IMG/VR virus record: IMGVR_UViG_3300021520_000002
Coordinates: 62,001 to 126,000 of that record
DNA: 64,000 bases
Direction: 5' to 3' (one strand)
The notes under the pieces were generated by a model that was not told the DNA's origin, did not search any database, and was given only the letters and a program-made list of their open reading frames with translations. Made by a program: the position numbers and the translations under genes. Shown one piece after another: positions 49,615-58,567 of this stretch; position 1 is the stretch's first letter; every line of letters begins with the position of its first letter.

Positions 49615-49884
49615 TTATGGCCTCAATTTAACATCATATACAAGATTATTATGAATCAAACCTCCTAACTTAACAGCTTCATTCATTTTATCTTTATATA
49701 TAACTTTGCTAATTGTAAAACCAACAGACATTCCAACTAATACCCAAATTATCAGAATAGTTAAATGTTTCTTTAACCAGATATTGAGTTTATCCCACCA
49801 ATCTATTGGAGAATTAAAAGTTTTTACTTGTTGTTTCTGATTCATTATTATTTCACTTTCTGGATTGTATATTCCTTCACTCAT
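49615..49884 (-). CDS. small membrane protein
   Basis: One hydrophobic helix. Confidence 0.6.
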   Translation of the reverse strand: MSEGIYNPESEIIMNQKQQVKTFNSPIDWWDKLNIWLKKHLTILIIWVLVGMSVGFTISKVIYKDKMNEAVKLGGLIHNNLVYDVKLRP

Positions 49885-50374
49885 TTTTAACTCCTTTTAC
49901 ATTTTCTTGTATAAACTCTAAAAGATTTCCACCTTCAAATTTATATCCTTTTATTCCAGCGGCAAAAGCTGCTTGCATATCTCTATCACGATCTCCAATC
50001 ATAAAAGAAGCACCAGTATTTATTGGATTATTATCAAAAATTGCCGATAGAAATAAACCTGTCTTTGGTTTTCTACAACCACAATCATCTTCATCAATAT
50101 GTGGACATATATAGAATGCATCGATTTTTTTGCCGATATTAACTTCTAATGTTTTATTTATCCATTGATGTAATTTATCGACTTGTTTCTTTGTATATAA
50201 TTTTTTACCGATACCACTTTGATTAGTGATAACAATAACTTTATATCCATTCTTTTTTAATAATTTAATAGCTTCTTTAGCTCCATCGATCCATTTAAAA
50301 TCTTTCTTATCCCAAATATATCCAACATCATGATTGATAACTCCATCACGATCTAAAAAAGCAATCTTATTCAT
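49877..50374 (-). CDS. gmhB: D-glycero-D-manno-heptose 1,7-bisphosphate phosphatase
   Basis: FLDRDGVIN, ITNQSGIG, CPH...CGCRKPK, MIGDRDRD. Confidence 0.92.
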   Translation of the reverse strand: MNKIAFLDRDGVINHDVGYIWDKKDFKWIDGAKEAIKLLKKNGYKVIVITNQSGIGKKLYTKKQVDKLHQWINKTLEVNIGKKIDAFYICPHIDEDDCGCRKPKTGLFLSAIFDNNPINTGASFMIGDRDRDMQAAFAAGIKGYKFEGGNLLEFIQENVKGVKNE

Positions 50375-50378
50375 TTAT

Positions 50379-50573
50379 TTATCCTTTTATAATTAAATTT
50401 TCTATAAAGCGTTCAATTACAGTTTCAAAATATGATTGATGTTGATATGGGTTATCTTCTTTTTGTTCAATAATTGCTTGAAGTAATTTTTCTTTTATCA
50501 TTTTTGAAATTTCTATTTTATCATTTTCATTTAATATTATATTATAATATTTTTTTGGTTCTAATGTTGCCAT
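50379..50573 (-). CDS. hypothetical protein
   Basis: Tightly packed ORF. Confidence 0.55.
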   Translation of the reverse strand: MATLEPKKYYNIILNENDKIEISKMIKEKLLQAIIEQKEDNPYQHQSYFETVIERFIENLIIKG

Positions 50574-50908
50574 TATTTTACTTCCTTATCGAAATGACCC
50601 ATATTATAATGTTTTTCAAGATCTTCCATATTATTAATTAATATATTACACGAACAAGCTATTGAATCTTTTCCTCTTATAGTATCTACAACTTCATCTA
50701 ATGATGGTCTTATCATTTCTTTCATTTCTAAAGGTGGAGTATTTATATAATCAATTATAAAGTTTATTTGATTAGAACATTCATTAACTTTATTCCAAAT
50801 ATCAGTTTGCCAAGCATGTCTAACTTTAAGACCTTGTGATGCACCAGTTTTTTCATTTACAATTTCTTCAAAAAGTGGTGGTAATTTTTCAATCTTTTTC
50901 ATAACCAT
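50573..50908 (-). CDS. hypothetical protein
   Basis: ORF with GAGGAG RBS. Confidence 0.55.
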   Translation of the reverse strand: MVMKKIEKLPPLFEEIVNEKTGASQGLKVRHAWQTDIWNKVNECSNQINFIIDYINTPPLEMKEMIRPSLDEVVDTIRGKDSIACSCNILINNMEDLEKHYNMGHFDKEVK

Positions 50909-51842
50909 TCTCCTCTAAATGTTTAATTAATTCTTCTTGTGTTATAGCGGCAGTTCCTAATTTTTCAACTACAAGTCCAGCTGCTATATTAGATAATTTA
51001 ACAGCTTGTTCAATTTCTGCTCCAGCACCAAGTGCAAGAGCAAGAACTGATACAACTGTGTCACCTGCGCCGCTAACATCATATACTTGTCTAGCTGTTG
51101 ATGGAAAGTCTAATCTATCTTTATCTCTACGAAGAAGAGTCATACCTTTTTCACCTCTAGTGATAAGTATATTTTTAATATCAAAACTTCCATTTAAATA
51201 ATCTAATTTATCAATATCATCACTATTTGTTACAAGAAATAATTCTTTCATATTAGGAGTTATAACAGTTGCTCCAGAATACTTACGCCAATTTTTTCTT
51301 TTTGGATCTATTATGATTGGTTTATTTCTGAAATGGGACATTACAACATCCAATATATCATCTGTTACTGTTCCTTTATCATAATCTGATATCACAACAA
51401 CATCAAAATCTTCATAATTATTTATATTATCAAATATTATTTTATTTTCATCAATAACAGATATTTGGTGATTTGGTTCTTTATCTATTCTTACAATTTG
51501 ATGACCATGAGCAACTATTCTATTTTTAGTAATAGTTGACCAAAATTTATCAATAAATAAATTTGATCTTATATCAAAATTTTCAAATGATTGTTTGAGA
51601 ATTTTTCCATCATCATCATCACCAATTACACCTGTTATTTCAACATTTCCTCTAAGTGATTTGATATTATAAGCTGTATTGCCAGCTCCCCCAGGTCTCA
51701 TAGTTGTTCGTTCAAATTTCATAATAGGAACTGGAGCTTCAGGAGATATCCTATCTACAGTTCCTATTGTGTATTTATCTAACATTACATCTCCAATAAC
51801 AAACACTTTAACTTGACTAAATTTTTCAATTATTTGTTTCAT
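50889..51842 (-). CDS. hldA: D-glycero-beta-D-manno-heptose-7-phosphate kinase (HldE/RfaE kinase domain)
   Basis: GDVMLDKY..G.VDRISPEAPVP, GGAGN, SDYDKG, TPNMKE, DVSGAGDT. Confidence 0.93.
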   Translation of the reverse strand: MKQIIEKFSQVKVFVIGDVMLDKYTIGTVDRISPEAPVPIMKFERTTMRPGGAGNTAYNIKSLRGNVEITGVIGDDDDGKILKQSFENFDIRSNLFIDKFWSTITKNRIVAHGHQIVRIDKEPNHQISVIDENKIIFDNINNYEDFDVVVISDYDKGTVTDDILDVVMSHFRNKPIIIDPKRKNWRKYSGATVITPNMKELFLVTNSDDIDKLDYLNGSFDIKNILITRGEKGMTLLRRDKDRLDFPSTARQVYDVSGAGDTVVSVLALALGAGAEIEQAVKLSNIAAGLVVEKLGTAAITQEELIKHLEENGYEKD

Positions 51843-52336
51843 TATTTTTCTCCAAAATATCTTCTATAAAAGTTTTTCTCACCATCATGGTGATTACTTC
51901 TTTCAATACCATGTTCAAAAATAGCGCTTTTAATTCTTTGTAGAAATCTAGGCATCTCTTTTTCACTAGGTTTCTTTTTCATTCCTAATAACATTACAGC
52001 ATCACCCAATGCTTCTCTTAATTTCCAATTATTTTGTCTTTCACAAAAATTTTTATAATCTTTAAGAGATTGTGTTACAGATCCTAAAATTTCTGGAATA
52101 TGTTCTGGATATTCTGAAATGAAATTCTTAATTTTTTTAAGTTGTTCTTCTTGTTCATATGGTAGCATTTGTCTCCTTTTTATATGAAATGGTGCGCTAT
52201 TACGCCAAAAGATTCCAACCCTGTATCCCACCCATGGCACATCACTTAAAGCTCTTACCCCTTTAAGCATTTTGCACCAGGTGGAGTGTTCATATCTACT
52301 CTTTAAAGGATGGCTGCTTCGAGGCCTACCTCCCAT
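51842..52336 (-). CDS. hypothetical protein
   Basis: 164-aa ORF inside the heptose cluster. Confidence 0.6.
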   Translation of the reverse strand: MGGRPRSSHPLKSRYEHSTWCKMLKGVRALSDVPWVGYRVGIFWRNSAPFHIKRRQMLPYEQEEQLKKIKNFISEYPEHIPEILGSVTQSLKDYKNFCERQNNWKLREALGDAVMLLGMKKKPSEKEMPRFLQRIKSAIFEHGIERSNHHDGEKNFYRRYFGEK

Positions 52337-52344
52337 TTCATTTA

Positions 52345-52602
52345 TTAGAAATGTTTATCGTTACGAAATGGAATATTATCATAATTTCCATAATCACCAA
52401 AAATTTCCATAGGAACTAATATTTGTTTATCATTATGTGAATGATTTCTAAGATTATATATAATACTAGACATTCTATCAATTGTTTTTTGTAACTTTTT
52501 CACTTCTATTCTTGTACGTTCAATTTTTTCACTATCACTAAGTTCTTCCCAATATTTTTCTCTACTACATACTGCTTTGTCTTGTTGTTCATCCATTTTC
52601 AA
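52345..52602 (-). CDS. hypothetical coiled-coil protein
   Basis: ORF overlapping the upstream stop. Confidence 0.55.
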   Translation of the reverse strand: MKMDEQQDKAVCSREKYWEELSDSEKIERTRIEVKKLQKTIDRMSSIIYNLRNHSHNDKQILVPMEIFGDYGNYDNIPFRNDKHF

Positions 52603-53569
52603 TTTCTCCTTTCATTCTTTCTCTGATAGTTGTATATATCATATGATTGATCATGAAATAAACTTCTTGAATAATTTCAGTTATAAGTGATGGTATTCGA
52701 ATGGTATAATTACTATTATTCACTAGATTTATACTTGGATTTTGTCCAGCAAAAGTAATAATTTTACATTTTACACGTTGCCCTTCAAGAGCAGCTCGTA
52801 ATATATTTTTTGATTTGCCGCTAGTTGAAAGTAATAATAAAACATCTTTTTTATCTAAAAAAGGTATAAGTAGATTATGAAAAACATATTCATAAGATAC
52901 ATCATTACCCATTGAAGTTACAGCTGAAATGTTTTCTGTAAGAGCGATTGCTGGAAGTCCTATACACATAAATTCACCAGCTAGATGAATCGCATCTGCA
53001 GCACTTCCTCCATTACCACATATTACTAATTTACCACCTCTTTTAAAAGATTTAAATATAACATCAATAATTTCTTTAATTATACCATTATGTTTTTCAT
53101 TTTCATCTAATAATTTTATTGCTTCACAGTGAATTTTCATATATCCATTTTCAGGAAGACATGATTTTTGAATATTACTAATAATATTAGTTGTTGAATA
53201 TTTATCAAGTCTTGGAATAGCAACAACTTCACCACTCCATTCTTTTACAAGTTCTTCTTCAATCTCTAATCTTCCTTCCCAATCTCCACCTTTAACAATA
53301 ATATCTGGTTTTATTCTTTTTATTAAATTATCAGGTCTTTCTTCATTAAATACAATAACATTATCGACATATCTTGTATGTAATAACATTACTTCTCTAT
53401 CTACCTGATTTCTAAAAGGTTTTCTTCCTCTTAGTTTCTCGAATGATGAATCACTATTTAAACCAACAATTAATTCATCACCAAGTGATTTAGCTTTTCT
53501 AAGTAAATGAAGGTGACCAGGATGTAATATTTCAAAACATCCATTAGTGAATACTGTTTTTGGTTTCAT
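52589..53569 (-). CDS. hldC-gmhA: fusion of heptose-1-phosphate adenylyltransferase (HldC/RfaE2) and phosphoheptose isomerase (GmhA)
   Basis: N-half TNGCFEILHPGH, GLNSDSS, VKGGDW, YSTT; C-half CGNGGSAADAIH, GND, STSGKS, IQE. Confidence 0.92.
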   Translation of the reverse strand: MKPKTVFTNGCFEILHPGHLHLLRKAKSLGDELIVGLNSDSSFEKLRGRKPFRNQVDREVMLLHTRYVDNVIVFNEERPDNLIKRIKPDIIVKGGDWEGRLEIEEELVKEWSGEVVAIPRLDKYSTTNIISNIQKSCLPENGYMKIHCEAIKLLDENEKHNGIIKEIIDVIFKSFKRGGKLVICGNGGSAADAIHLAGEFMCIGLPAIALTENISAVTSMGNDVSYEYVFHNLLIPFLDKKDVLLLLSTSGKSKNILRAALEGQRVKCKIITFAGQNPSINLVNNSNYTIRIPSLITEIIQEVYFMINHMIYTTIRERMKGEIENG

Positions 53570-53784
53570 TTCTTTTCTCCTGGAATTTCACATGTAATAC
53601 TTTTTGCTCCAAAGGCTTTTTGTTCATATTTGATTAATCCTTTCACAGCTTCACAACTTTTAATAATAGATAATTCTGTTTCGTGTTCTAATAGTAATAT
53701 TTTTTCTTGATGATCATAATCTTGTTTTGAGCTACATGAAACTAATAATAAACTAATAAATATTAGTATTATATATTTTTTCAT
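53566..53784 (-). CDS. putative lipoprotein
   Basis: MKKYIILIFISLLLVSC lipobox. Confidence 0.65.
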   Translation of the reverse strand: MKKYIILIFISLLLVSCSSKQDYDHQEKILLLEHETELSIIKSCEAVKGLIKYEQKAFGAKSITCEIPGEKK

Positions 53785-54032
53785 TATTTATCCTTTATTT
53801 TGTTATAATATAAAATTAGAACTTCTAAGGCACAAGAAAGAGCTTTGTATTTTCTATCAAAACTTTTTTGTATACAACCTCCATCGAATCTCACTTCATC
53901 ATTACGCCACCAATAAACTCCTTTCATGTTCAATCTATAATCATTTTTCTTGTTAAATATATATCCAACAACTTTATGATTATATACTAATTGAGTATTT
54001 CCATTTGGTAATCTATATGTTGAAAACGTCAT
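53784..54032 (-). CDS. hypothetical protein
   Basis: Coupled ORF. Confidence 0.55.
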   Translation of the reverse strand: MTFSTYRLPNGNTQLVYNHKVVGYIFNKKNDYRLNMKGVYWWRNDEVRFDGGCIQKSFDRKYKALSCALEVLILYYNKIKDK

Positions 54033-54340
54033 TTGTTCTCCTCAAGCATTCTAACAGGTTTCCCATGAACGATGGCGTATGCTATTTCTTTTTTCGTACT
54101 TTCTCCAATGTAACCACCAACATTAATAATCAACACTTCATCAGCAAGATCTATTTTTCTGAGATGTAATTTGTCTAACATCTTTTTGACTTCTCCGTTC
54201 ATATCTATTCCTTCAATATGACCAAATAATCCAACTGTTAAAACAATTTTACCTTTTAATGTTTCTTCTTTCATTGCTTGTTCATATTCATTTTTAAATC
54301 TTGTTGAACCACAAAGACATACTATTTTGGGTCTATCCAT
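54029..54340 (-). CDS. nucleoside 2-deoxyribosyltransferase-like (NDT-fold) protein
   Basis: IVCLCGS.RF...KIDLADEVLIINVGGYIGESTKKEIAYA...GKPV. Confidence 0.7.
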   Translation of the reverse strand: MDRPKIVCLCGSTRFKNEYEQAMKEETLKGKIVLTVGLFGHIEGIDMNGEVKKMLDKLHLRKIDLADEVLIINVGGYIGESTKKEIAYAIVHGKPVRMLEENK

Positions 54341-54353
54341 TTCTCCTCCTTTC

Positions 54354-54617
54354 TCAGTATAAATCCTCAGACATTAATGTTGGTGATGCCCAAGGGTCTT
54401 TATGGTCTATCAATTGATTACACTCTACCGCTATTTTAAATGCTTCGTGTCTATCCACAAATATGTCAGCATCAGTTATAAAACCCTGTGTATACTCAGA
54501 GTGTTTAACGGGTCTATCTCCCGTTTCTTCAACTATCTTTTTTATAACATCACCATGACGTTTACCTGTCCAGACCTTACCATCACTAATCCTTTGAATT
54601 GCTGATTCTTTAATCAT
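54354..54617 (-). CDS. small phage protein (G.RH...QGF.TD...FVDR.EA..IA)
   Basis: ATG 54617 after AAGGAG (ORF track 54665 runs into the structured RNA). Confidence 0.65.
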   Translation of the reverse strand: MIKESAIQRISDGKVWTGKRHGDVIKKIVEETGDRPVKHSEYTQGFITDADIFVDRHEAFKIAVECNQLIDHKDPWASPTLMSEDLY

Positions 54618-54635
54618 AGTTTCTCCTTTAAAAAC

Positions 54636-54741
54636 AATACAGGGAATGGGGTAGCTGAGCCCCACAAGCGGGATTTTACAAGCTGCGGGCTCTTAACCCA
54701 TGCTAACCCTCGATCACTTCGCCTTATCACGTCCCTGTATT
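54636..54741 (-). ncRNA. GC-rich structured non-coding RNA of unknown class (~106 nt)
   Basis: Closing stem AATACAGGGA/TCCCTGTATT; internal GAGCCC/GGGCTC or TGGGG/CCCCA helices; GC far above the flanks. Confidence 0.55.
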
Positions 54742-54753
54742 TTTATTATTTGT

Positions 54754-54923
54754 TGGCACAGAAGATAGGGATTCAAACCCTACACGGACTGGACATTCTC
54801 ATTCTTATACGTCCTTTCTTCCTTAATCAGTACTTTATAAAAGGCATCAATCTCATATATTTCCCTTTATCATCTCCATCCTGAGATGTTCAGGATTGTG
54901 TCTACTCATTCCACCACTTCTGT
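54754..54923 (-). ncRNA. tRNA-like RNA (170 nt) with ~95-nt variable-arm insertion
   Basis: Acceptor ACAGAAG/CTTCTGT+G+CCA, Leu-type D arm GTGGAATGAGTAGACAC, stem ATCCTG/CAGGAT with loop AACATCT, T arm TAGGG-TTTGAAT-CCCTA. Confidence 0.7.
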
Positions 54924-55388
54924 GCCGTTAATTTTAATCTTCTTTTCTTATCTTACCACATTTGTGACAAGACCATTCGTGATCTTTTACAACAGTTTTC
55001 CATCTGTTATAACCACAATCACAAGGTTTAATATCATCTTTTCTTTTATAGTTTCTTATTTTTTTCTTAGGTGACCACATGTTTTCTCCTTTATTTGCCT
55101 ATTGTTTTTTTACTTACAAATCCACCTTTTCTTTCAGAACCACATTTACTAGTTGTAACTGTTATAGATTTATCTGAATTTACATATGTTTGAACTGATG
55201 CTTTATTTGTTTTTGTAACACTATCAGGTTTTCGATTAGTTACATTGTTTTTCATAATTTCTCCTTGTTAACTATCACGATTTGATAATGCTTCTTTAGC
55301 AGCTTCTACAGCAATCATAACAACTGCTGTAAGTACTGTAACGCTAACTCCTATTACAACTTGTTTTATAACATCAATTGACTCTTTT

Positions 55389-55649
55389 TTAAACCAACTC
55401 ATGTTGTTCTCCTTTATTGTAGTTTTTCATATATGGATCTATATTGTCCATAGCTTTTTGAATATTAAAACATATTTTACTTCCACAAATTGGACAATTT
55501 TTAGTTGCTCTTGTATCATAAATAATTTCACATTCAATACATAATACAGCATATCTTAATCCTATAGAACTAATTATTTGTGTATTATTTGATATAACTG
55601 AAATTTGTATGTCTTCTTTTTTAAAGAATTTATTTATGAAGTTGTTCAT
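55389..55649 (-). CDS. small zinc-ribbon protein
   Basis: CIEC...CPICGS. Confidence 0.65.
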   Translation of the reverse strand: MNNFINKFFKKEDIQISVISNNTQIISSIGLRYAVLCIECEIIYDTRATKNCPICGSKICFNIQKAMDNIDPYMKNYNKGEQHELV

Positions 55650-56398
55650 AATCTAAACTCTTGACCTTTCATGACAAATCCTTTAAATCCATCATGTTTA
55701 GCAGCAGGAAGAGGACCATCTTGATAATGACATAACCACATCTTTTTACGAATATTTTCAGGTAGTGTTAATAGTTCAGAATAATGTGCGTGAACTCCAC
55801 TTTTAAAAGGAGTTGTTTCACAGTCCTGAAAAATTAAATCTGCTGATGCATAAAAATCTTTAATCTGATTAGGATTAAACTGTGTATCTGTTGTTATGAA
55901 TATATTTTTAGTTTTAGTTCTTAATTTCAATCCAAAACATGGTCTAATACTAAATCCATCCATTATATGTACTACCTGGATAGGTGTTATTAAAATATTA
56001 TTCCAATGAACAGTTTCATTTTGACTAATAGCAATTACGTTAAAATAATCACTTAATTTCATTATCTTATTTTGAATACTTCCCAAACCACCAGATAATG
56101 TATTTTGCCATATTGATTCTTCTAAGGCTTTACTTATTAATAGATCAGGTTTAGTACAAGATGGATCAAAATATCGGCAAAAAGCTAAATATTCTAATCC
56201 ACCGGCATGATCTGCATGAAGATGTGAAATATACACTTCTGTTATATCTTTATATGACATTCCAGAATCTTTCAATGAAAATCTAATATCTGAACCTGCA
56301 TCAATTAAAAGTTTTTCTTTACCTTTAGTTAATAACATATTTGTTTGATAATTTGTCATTGAAAAAGCACTTCCACTTCCTAAGAATTTTAGTATCAT
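55646..56398 (-). CDS. MBL-fold metallohydrolase, Apyc1-like (cyclic nucleotide phosphodiesterase / RNase Z-like)
   Basis: FLGSGSAF, LIDAG, SHLHADHAGGLE, LSGGL, FQDCE, GVHAHY.ELLTLP, WLCHY. Confidence 0.8.
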   Translation of the reverse strand: MILKFLGSGSAFSMTNYQTNMLLTKGKEKLLIDAGSDIRFSLKDSGMSYKDITEVYISHLHADHAGGLEYLAFCRYFDPSCTKPDLLISKALEESIWQNTLSGGLGSIQNKIMKLSDYFNVIAISQNETVHWNNILITPIQVVHIMDGFSIRPCFGLKLRTKTKNIFITTDTQFNPNQIKDFYASADLIFQDCETTPFKSGVHAHYSELLTLPENIRKKMWLCHYQDGPLPAAKHDGFKGFVMKGQEFRL

Positions 56399-56424
56399 TT
56401 TTGTTTTTCCTTTTTAGATTTTTA

Positions 56425-56512
56425 TGGTGGCGCTGACTGGACTTGAACCAGCATGGAGAAAATCTCCGAGAGATTTTAAATCTCTTGTGTAAACCAATTC
56501 CACCACAGCGCC
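56425..56512 (-). tRNA. tRNA-Leu(TAA)
   Basis: GGCGCTG...AGAGA-TTTAAAA-TCTCT...GTTCAAGTC...CAGCGCC A CCA; long variable arm. Confidence 0.95.
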
Positions 56513-56519
56513 GATTATG

Positions 56520-56789
56520 TTAAGATTTACATTTATTTAATAGAATAATTGTTACTTTCAAAAAATCAACAAGATGATCAGCATCATATACACTTTCATA
56601 TTCAAAATCTTCTTCAGCTTCAAATATCGAAATATATTTACTATTGATAGTTTCTCTTTTTTCTTCTAATTTATCCATTTTTGAACTTTTTTGTTTATCT
56701 TCATTAAGCATTTCTAAATTTAAAACATATATTTTTTCTTCTAACATTGTTAATTCAATGATATCTTTTTTTATTTCATCTATTGTCAT
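56520..56789 (-). CDS. hypothetical protein between tRNAs
   Basis: ATG 56789 after AAGGA (ORF track 56855 overlaps tRNA-Ser). Confidence 0.55.
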   Translation of the reverse strand: MTIDEIKKDIIELTMLEEKIYVLNLEMLNEDKQKSSKMDKLEEKRETINSKYISIFEAEEDFEYESVYDADHLVDFLKVTIILLNKCKS

Positions 56790-56814
56790 TTTTATTTTCC
56801 TTTTTTGTATTATT

Positions 56815-56904
56815 TGGCGGAGAGCGTAGGATTTGAACCCACGAACCGCTTTCACGATTTCTAGTTTTCAAGACTAGCACCATCAGCCTCTCGGTCAGCT
56901 CTCC
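56815..56904 (-). tRNA. tRNA-Ser(TGA)
   Basis: GGAGAGC...CTAGT-CTTGAAA-ACTAG...GTTCAAATC...GCTCTCC G CCA; long variable arm. Confidence 0.95.
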
Positions 56905-56910
56905 ATTTAA

Positions 56911-57150
56911 TTATTTGCCGATTTTAATTTTCTCTATAATTTTACAATCCTCTAAATGACAAAAATCATCAATTCTACAATCATAGCAAACTGTTAGATT
57001 TGGACAACAATCTTCAACTATTCTAAAAACATCATTACCAAATCTACCATGTAGTTTATTTAAAATAAATGTGATCATTCTACTATTTTTAGCTGTAATA
57101 AGTTTACAATCATTACATTTCTCATCACATAAATATCTTCTATCTTTCAT
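56911..57150 (-). CDS. small Cys-rich protein
   Basis: CDEKCNDC...CCP...CYDCRIDDFCH. Confidence 0.6.
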   Translation of the reverse strand: MKDRRYLCDEKCNDCKLITAKNSRMITFILNKLHGRFGNDVFRIVEDCCPNLTVCYDCRIDDFCHLEDCKIIEKIKIGK

Positions 57151-57391
57151 TGTAATACTCTCTTTTTATATGAACAATTTTAACACACTCACATGGAACT
57201 TTTCTAACTCTCCCAGAAAGTCTTTTCTTAGGAACTGAACCTTCACCTTTACAAATTAAACAGTTTGGATCAGGATGTTTAGTTTCATATGGTTTGTATC
57301 TATCAATTGTAGAATCTATTACTTTATTAATATCGACCCCAACAAATGTTGCCATTGATGTTAATGTTAATAAACTTTTATCTTCCATCAT
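57140..57391 (-). CDS. small zinc-finger protein
   Basis: CLICKGEG...PCEC. Confidence 0.6.
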   Translation of the reverse strand: MMEDKSLLTLTSMATFVGVDINKVIDSTIDRYKPYETKHPDPNCLICKGEGSVPKKRLSGRVRKVPCECVKIVHIKREYYNER

Positions 57392-57588
57392 AACATTCCA
57401 GTTACATAAATTCTAACATATGGTATATCAATAGCATTAATACAATGAGTAACAGTAACTACTTTTCCAATTGCTCCACCACTAATAGATCTAATAAAAT
57501 CTCCAATTCTTGGAACAGCAACAAATGTTTTTGGCCAAAATAATGTTTTAAGATTATCTTCGTTTGATGTGACTTCACCTGCTATCAT
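57388..57588 (-). CDS. hypothetical protein
   Basis: AAGGAG RBS; VPRIGD motif. Confidence 0.6.
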   Translation of the reverse strand: MIAGEVTSNEDNLKTLFWPKTFVAVPRIGDFIRSISGGAIGKVVTVTHCINAIDIPYVRIYVTGML

Positions 57589-57597
57589 TTTCTCTCC

Positions 57598-57828
57598 TTA
57601 ACATACACAATGATCTGGAATTTCCATTAACCAAACTCTCCAATATTTTTCTTTTTCAGCAAAAGACATATCTTTAACATCTAAATCTTTTGGATGTCTA
57701 TAAAAATCATTACCTAATTGTGATAATTTTTCATCTTGTTTTAAATTCTTTTTTAAATGTTGTAAAGTACAATAGTTACATTTTGTTAGTTCACTCATTT
57801 CATTTTCCATTTTGCTACAAGTTCCCAA
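57598..57828 (-). CDS. small Cys-containing protein
   Basis: CNYC...HCVC; true start probably the later MSELT. Confidence 0.55.
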   Translation of the reverse strand: MGTCSKMENEMSELTKCNYCTLQHLKKNLKQDEKLSQLGNDFYRHPKDLDVKDMSFAEKEKYWRVWLMEIPDHCVC

Positions 57829-58073
57829 TTTCCAAATCTTTCATCAAAATATATAATCATATCAGAATCATTAATAGATGTAGATAACGTTTCAATTTCT
57901 GTTTTTAATATGTTAGATTCAAATTCTGCAGTTTGTGATATCATATTTTTTAAATGTCTAAACTTTTCTAATTTTGCATTTACTTGAATTTCAATTAATT
58001 CTTTTATAATTTCTTTTTTAAAAACTTCAAGTATACTTTTTATTTCTTTTTCTAAGTCCATTTTATATTCCAT
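57795..58073 (-). CDS. hypothetical protein
   Basis: Packed ORF. Confidence 0.5.
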   Translation of the reverse strand: MEYKMDLEKEIKSILEVFKKEIIKELIEIQVNAKLEKFRHLKNMISQTAEFESNILKTEIETLSTSINDSDMIIYFDERFGNWELVAKWKMK

Positions 58074-58461
58074 CCCAAGGTGAATAAAGATTTAGATTAC
58101 CTCTTTTTTTGATTGCCCAACGATGACTTCCTGGACCAATAAATTCTATAAATCCATTTTCAGTATCATTAACTCCAGATACTCCACCATGTCTAATATC
58201 AAAACCTTCAGAAAAATCTTTGCCTCGAACATTGAAAAATGCCGTTCCTGGTAATCCATTTTGATCATTTTCTGTTGGCTTTAAAGTAACATCTAAAATA
58301 TCTGTTATTATTATTTCATCAAAAATAATATCTCTCTCATTTGCTAATCGTTGATCAACAAGAGGACCACTATCATATACCTTTCCACCAATCCAATATA
58401 CACTGTTATCAACTATATCTGTAAGATCAGGAAAAAACTTTCCATCCACCATTAAGTACAT
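58063..58461 (-). CDS. hypothetical protein
   Basis: AAGGAGGT RBS. Confidence 0.65.
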   Translation of the reverse strand: MYLMVDGKFFPDLTDIVDNSVYWIGGKVYDSGPLVDQRLANERDIIFDEIIITDILDVTLKPTENDQNGLPGTAFFNVRGKDFSEGFDIRHGGVSGVNDTENGFIEFIGPGSHRWAIKKRGNLNLYSPWDGI

Positions 58462-58496
58462 ACTACCTCCTTTTGAAATTAAAATATATTTATATT

Positions 58497-58506
58497 ATTT
58501 CTATAT
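58497..58506 (-). promoter_or_regulatory. putative phage promoter motif ATATAGAAAT(AATA)
   Basis: Upstream of 58461. Confidence 0.55.
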
Positions 58507-58528
58507 GAATTAAGCTAAAATTAAAAAT

Positions 58529-58562
58529 TATCGGCAAGACCTATTTCTAGATCTTGCCGATA
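58529..58562. repeat. intergenic palindrome copy 7
   Basis: TATCGGCAAGACCTATTTCTAGATCTTGCCGATA. Confidence 0.95.
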
Positions 58563-58567
58563 TTAAT

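Noticed and set aside
54754-54923. tmRNA or ordinary tRNA-Met
   Set aside because: No G3.U70 alanine identity, has a full D stem, too short for tmRNA; anticodon loop lacks U33 and purine 37.
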